45,396 bases of DNA from a virus: the IMG/VR virus record IMGVR_UViG_3300045988_083430. The stretch is one strand, 5' to 3'. The translations under genes and the position numbers were made by a program. Positions within the stretch are counted from its first letter, which is position 1; every line of letters begins with the position of its first letter. The notes beneath the pieces were generated by a model. The model saw only the letters and a program-made list of their open reading frames with translations, had not been told where the DNA came from and did no database searches. Positions 42,737 through 45,396 of the stretch are shown here, one piece after another.

Positions 42737-43021
42737 ATGAAAAAATACGTTCTTTACAGATGGCATTCTGATGATGAATGTGGCGTTAGTGTTTGTTACG
42801 CCAAAGATTTTATATCTGACTTGAAATTCTATCATTCTAATTGTCAAGAAGATTTCTTAACTGAATTCGATACTACTGATGAAGCGGTAGATTTTTGCTG
42901 TTCTTATTATAAACTTCCTGTAGAGGAAAAGGAAAACATTAGAGAAGATATTAAGTATCGTCTTTATTGGTTCCATTATGATAGAGGTGAATATGAGGAG
43001 GCTCAAAAGTTCCAATGTTAA
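42737..43021 (+). CDS. Hypothetical Cys-containing protein (94 aa)
   Basis: GAGGTAA RBS and a long ORF. Confidence 0.5.
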   Translation: MKKYVLYRWHSDDECGVSVCYAKDFISDLKFYHSNCQEDFLTEFDTTDEAVDFCCSYYKLPVEEKENIREDIKYRLYWFHYDRGEYEEAQKFQC

Positions 43022-43206
43022 AGATGATTGAATGCCCAATATGTGGTAAATACTTTTATCCGAGAACAGGTTGGAAATACACAGTAGATATAGAAGGAAA
43101 AAGAAATAGAAAGGTTTGTTCATATGGATGCTCAAATCTTAAACAGAAAATCCGAGAGGATAAAGAGAGGAGAAAGGACATTGAAAAAGACTACATCTAC
43201 AAATGA
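43015..43206 (+). CDS. Zinc-ribbon small protein (63 aa)
   Basis: CPICGKYF...CSYGC. Confidence 0.5.
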   Translation: MLKMIECPICGKYFYPRTGWKYTVDIEGKRNRKVCSYGCSNLKQKIREDKERRKDIEKDYIYK

Positions 43207-43297
43207 TAAAATCGAATTTATAAAAGAACTCTTTACTGTTCTTTTGGCATTCATAGTTATGGGCATATTTATATTCGGAGTATTGCTCCTGAAATAA
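43181..43297 (+). CDS. Possible 38-aa single-TM peptide (TTG start)
   Basis: LKKTTSTNDKIEFIKELFTVLLAFIVMGIFIFGVLLLK. AGGAG lies about 10 nt upstream. A non-ATG start makes this tentative. Confidence 0.25.
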   Translation: MKKTTSTNDKIEFIKELFTVLLAFIVMGIFIFGVLLLK

Positions 43298-43298
43298 C

Positions 43299-43390
43299 AT
43301 CAGAACAGCTAGGATAAACCAGGTTGAATTAGAATATATAACTAATATAAATTATCAAGGTATATATTAAAATTCAACCTGTTTAATCCT
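43299..43390 (+). repeat. Structured element B: atcagaacagc box plus a roughly 28-bp imperfect hairpin with a ctaatataaatt apex
   Basis: aggataaaccaggttgaatt (43311-43330) pairs with aattcaacctgtttaatcct (43371-43390). Inner stem aatatata/tatatatt. Homologous to element A. Confidence 0.7.
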
Positions 43391-43416
43391 GGCGGTCGTA
43401 GTAAAGTGGAGGAATT

Positions 43417-43608
43417 ATGGAAGCTAAATGGATTTCACCAAGTTATAGAGGAAAACAAGAAGTATATCTTCCTCATTGTTCAAACTGTAAAGCTATCTCA
43501 GACATGAAGTGGAATTTTTGTCCGTCATGCGGTTTTGAAATGAAGAATCCTATTCCATATCGATACAAATATTCCGACGAGGTAAAGAAAGATGAAGATA
43601 TTTCTTAA
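43417..43608 (+). CDS. Zinc-ribbon small protein (63 aa)
   Basis: CSNCKA...CPSCG. GGAGGAA RBS. Confidence 0.55.
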   Translation: MEAKWISPSYRGKQEVYLPHCSNCKAISDMKWNFCPSCGFEMKNPIPYRYKYSDEVKKDEDIS

Positions 43609-43897
43609 GATTCTTGCATTCGTCTTTAAGAATGGAATATATTTATCTATATATGGAACAAAGCAAAATGAAAAGATTGTTGTAATGGCGTCAAAAAACT
43701 TCTCTCGATGCAGTTTTGAAATTCCGTATGAGAAGCTTAATTTACAGCATGCAGATGAAATAAAAGAAAAACTTCTGGTATTGCTTAAAGCCGCAAGAGA
43801 TGAAGATACACCTACGTGGATGGAAAACAAAAAGAAATCAGCAGAACACGATATAGCTGTAATAGAAAAATACAATAAATATGGAAATCATCATTAA
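43592..43897 (+). CDS. Hypothetical protein (101 aa)
   Basis: Overlapping ORF in the small-gene arm. Confidence 0.45.
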   Translation: MKIFLKILAFVFKNGIYLSIYGTKQNEKIVVMASKNFSRCSFEIPYEKLNLQHADEIKEKLLVLLKAARDEDTPTWMENKKKSAEHDIAVIEKYNKYGNHH

Positions 43898-44120
43898 AAT
43901 ACTCAAAATCATATATAAGAAAAATTTATGTTGTATGTTTTACAGATGGAAAGAAAATAATATTTTCAGCTGTCAAGCATCAACAGGAAGTCAAAGAGTT
44001 ATCATAAAAACTCTTGATGAAGAATCAATAAAAAAAGATGTCATTAAAACAATGATGAATACAGCAAATGGAGTTGGATTTAGATGGGAGCAATCTGCTG
44101 TAAAAGATGCAGAAACTTAA
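43881..44120 (+). CDS. Hypothetical protein (79 aa)
   Basis: Overlapping ORF in the small-gene arm. Confidence 0.4.
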   Translation: MEIIIKILKIIYKKNLCCMFYRWKENNIFSCQASTGSQRVIIKTLDEESIKKDVIKTMMNTANGVGFRWEQSAVKDAET

Positions 44121-44254
44121 TAAAAGATGAATTCTCAACTAAATACAAACATCATTGTCCTATCAAATGGTATGCTATGACCGATAAGGGAATAGAAATA
44201 GAAAGGAAATGCACAGAATTTAAACCTAAACAGAAAAGGAGCAAACAGAAATGA
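44084..44254 (+). CDS. 56-aa Cys-rich protein (MGAICCKRCRNLIKDEFSTKYKHHCP...)
   Basis: GGAG 9 nt upstream. ATGA-coupled to ORF 44251. Below the track cutoff. Confidence 0.4.
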   Translation: MGAICCKRCRNLIKDEFSTKYKHHCPIKWYAMTDKGIEIERKCTEFKPKQKRSKQK

Positions 44255-44724
44255 AAAACAGAATATTGAAAGTTTTTGGAATCGCAGTAATAATCGTTCT
44301 TATTTTGATGATTGCTAGTTCGATAACAAAAGAACATGATGATGCAAATAATCCTAATGTTGGAGCTATCAATCAAATAGAAGATAAACAAAATGAAGTT
44401 GAACAAGTAGAAACAAACATTGAACCAGATGTTGAAACAGTAAAAGAAATCAACGATTTAATGTGGGAAAATCTTGGAACAAATCTTCTCGAATGTGGGT
44501 ATGATGAAGAATCTGGTTGTTATATGGTTTTTCTATATGTTAATGCAATAGATAATAAATATCAAGCTAATGATTATAAAATAGATAAAAGCCTCGATAA
44601 TCTTACAAAATGCGTAAAAGAATCATATGGAGTCGATTGTGCAGCATTTTTAATGGATAGCTTTACCGTTTCTAATATAATCTATTCAACGTTAAATGGT
44701 AAAGAAATAAATATTTCATATTGA
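44251..44724 (+). CDS. Membrane-anchored or secreted hypothetical protein (157 aa)
   Basis: N-terminal TM/signal segment VFGIAVIIVLILMIASS. AAGGAG RBS. Confidence 0.55.
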   Translation: MKNRILKVFGIAVIIVLILMIASSITKEHDDANNPNVGAINQIEDKQNEVEQVETNIEPDVETVKEINDLMWENLGTNLLECGYDEESGCYMVFLYVNAIDNKYQANDYKIDKSLDNLTKCVKESYGVDCAAFLMDSFTVSNIIYSTLNGKEINISY

Positions 44725-44736
44725 GAGGTAAACAGA

Positions 44737-44976
44737 ATGGAAATCAATAAATGCCCAATTTATGGAACACAATTAACGATGCGGTCTCATTTTTGTAATT
44801 ACTTCGAATATGAAGTAGATGAAACTGGTAATCTCTCAGATATATTCACATTGCCAGCAGATAGAGTAGAAATTATGTATCAACTTCATTGCAAGAAATG
44901 CAATAAATCATGGCAATGTGATTTAGACAAAAATCGTAAAAAAGTAGTTTATACTACATTTATGAGGAAGGAATAA
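44737..44976 (+). CDS. Zinc-ribbon small protein (79 aa)
   Basis: CPIYG...CKKCNKSWQC. GAGAGG RBS. Confidence 0.5.
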   Translation: MEINKCPIYGTQLTMRSHFCNYFEYEVDETGNLSDIFTLPADRVEIMYQLHCKKCNKSWQCDLDKNRKKVVYTTFMRKE

Positions 44977-44981
44977 ACAGA

Positions 44982-45134
44982 ATGGATGCAATTATTGTTT
45001 TACTTTTTATAATACTCATACTTTTAGTATTTATAGCATTTTGTATTTGTTGTTCATTATCGTATATTTCAAGTGTCTTATATAATTTGGAAAAAATAAC
45101 AACTGATATTCTTAAAAGAATGGAGAATAAATAG
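44982..45134 (+). CDS. 50-aa hydrophobic single-TM peptide
   Basis: MDAIIVLLFIILILLVFIAFCICCSLSYISSVLYNLEK.... GGAAGGA RBS. Below the track cutoff. Confidence 0.45.
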   Translation: MDAIIVLLFIILILLVFIAFCICCSLSYISSVLYNLEKITTDILKRMENK

Positions 45135-45135
45135 A

Positions 45136-45396
45136 ATGGATGCTTTGGAATTTATTAAATATCTCAAAAAAATGTGTGCGCAATATGGAGTAGAAAATCA
45201 AAAACATGCTTTTTGTCAAGGATGTCCAGCTTTAACAGAAGAAGACGAAATATGTATTGCCAATTTTCAATTTGAATCATGTGTTCCAAATAAAGCTGTA
45301 GAAGCAGTAGAGAAATATGCAAAAGAAAATCCGATAAAAACACGAAGCAGCGAATTTCTGAAGTATTATCCAATCGCTGATGTATTATACAATGGA
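45136..45396 (+). CDS. N-terminal part of the junction-spanning Cys-rich protein (continues at nt 56-175)
   Basis: ATG at 45136, still open at the window end. The antisense ORF 45164-45373 is judged spurious. Confidence 0.7.
   Translation, partial: MDALEFIKYLKKMCAQYGVENQKHAFCQGCPALTEEDEICIANFQFESCVPNKAVEAVEKYAKENPIKTRSSEFLKYYPIADVLYNG
45342..45396. repeat. 55-bp exact terminal direct repeat (copy 2)
   Basis: Identical to nt 1-55. Confidence 0.95.

Noticed and set aside
1-45396. Search for a lysogeny module, DGR (reverse transcriptase with template/variable repeats), toxin-antitoxin pairs or methyltransferases
   Set aside because: No ORF shows integrase, recombinase, repressor HTH, RT (YxDD) or SAM-binding motifs. 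The similarity between the receptor-binding paralogs is at the protein level only, not the near-identical DNA repeats expected of a DGR.

Overview
The window is a complete tailed-phage genome. Positions 1-55 are repeated exactly at 45342-45396, which looks like an assembly closure overlap. The circular map is about 45,341 bp, and one ORF runs across the junction. Every credible gene is on the + strand.

Gene order:
- small Cys-rich ORFs, then terL (363-1667)
- a promoter-to-terminator cassette: Cys-rich ORF, secreted glucosaminidase-domain protein, tRNA-Ser(UGA), tRNA-Thr(UGU)
- two tandem Cys-rich paralogs, then a Dps-like ferritin-fold protein
- head genes: portal, Mu F/SPP1 gp7-like protein, scaffold, decoration-like protein, major capsid
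- neck genes and a contractile-tail module: sheath, tube, chaperone with a -1 frameshift, tape measure, M23-peptidase/hub fusion, spike, baseplate
- a fibre/receptor-binding cassette with two tandem Kelch-like paralogs
- a lysis cassette: CBM5/12 protein, BhlA/XhlA-like protein, holin, amidase
- a strong terminator, then replication and nucleotide-metabolism genes: DnaG-type primase, gp32-like SSB, all-alpha NTP pyrophosphatase, kinase-deoxyribosyltransferase fusion, HD 5'-nucleotidase, divergent ThyX, DnaE, RecA, Cas4-like nuclease, RuvC-like resolvase
- a 330-bp non-coding iteron/polypyrimidine region, small ORFs, terS (41676-42332)
- a roughly 3.4-kb arm of miniature Cys-rich or membrane ORFs that leads back to terL

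Six near-identical sigma-A-type promoters divide the genome into transcription units. I saw no integrase, repressor, helicase, CRISPR array or reverse transcriptase. Strong GGAGG ribosome-binding sites, the amidase with holin and no spanins, and the M23 and glucosaminidase domains suggest a low-GC Gram-positive host and probably a virulent lifestyle.

Best leads:
1. The nucleotide-remodelling cluster at 31.6-34.7 kb, including a ThyX-fold protein that lacks canonical signature residues.
2. A G7 homopolymer that breaks the first of the two tandem receptor-binding paralogs, followed by mutually exclusive hairpins at the junction with the second paralog.
3. Two homologous long hairpin elements whose stems differ in sequence but still pair.
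4. A Dps-like gene with intact ferroxidase-ligand spacing next to the portal gene.
5. An origin-like iteron plus G-quadruplex/i-motif region.

All family names come from motifs recognised by eye. No database search was possible.
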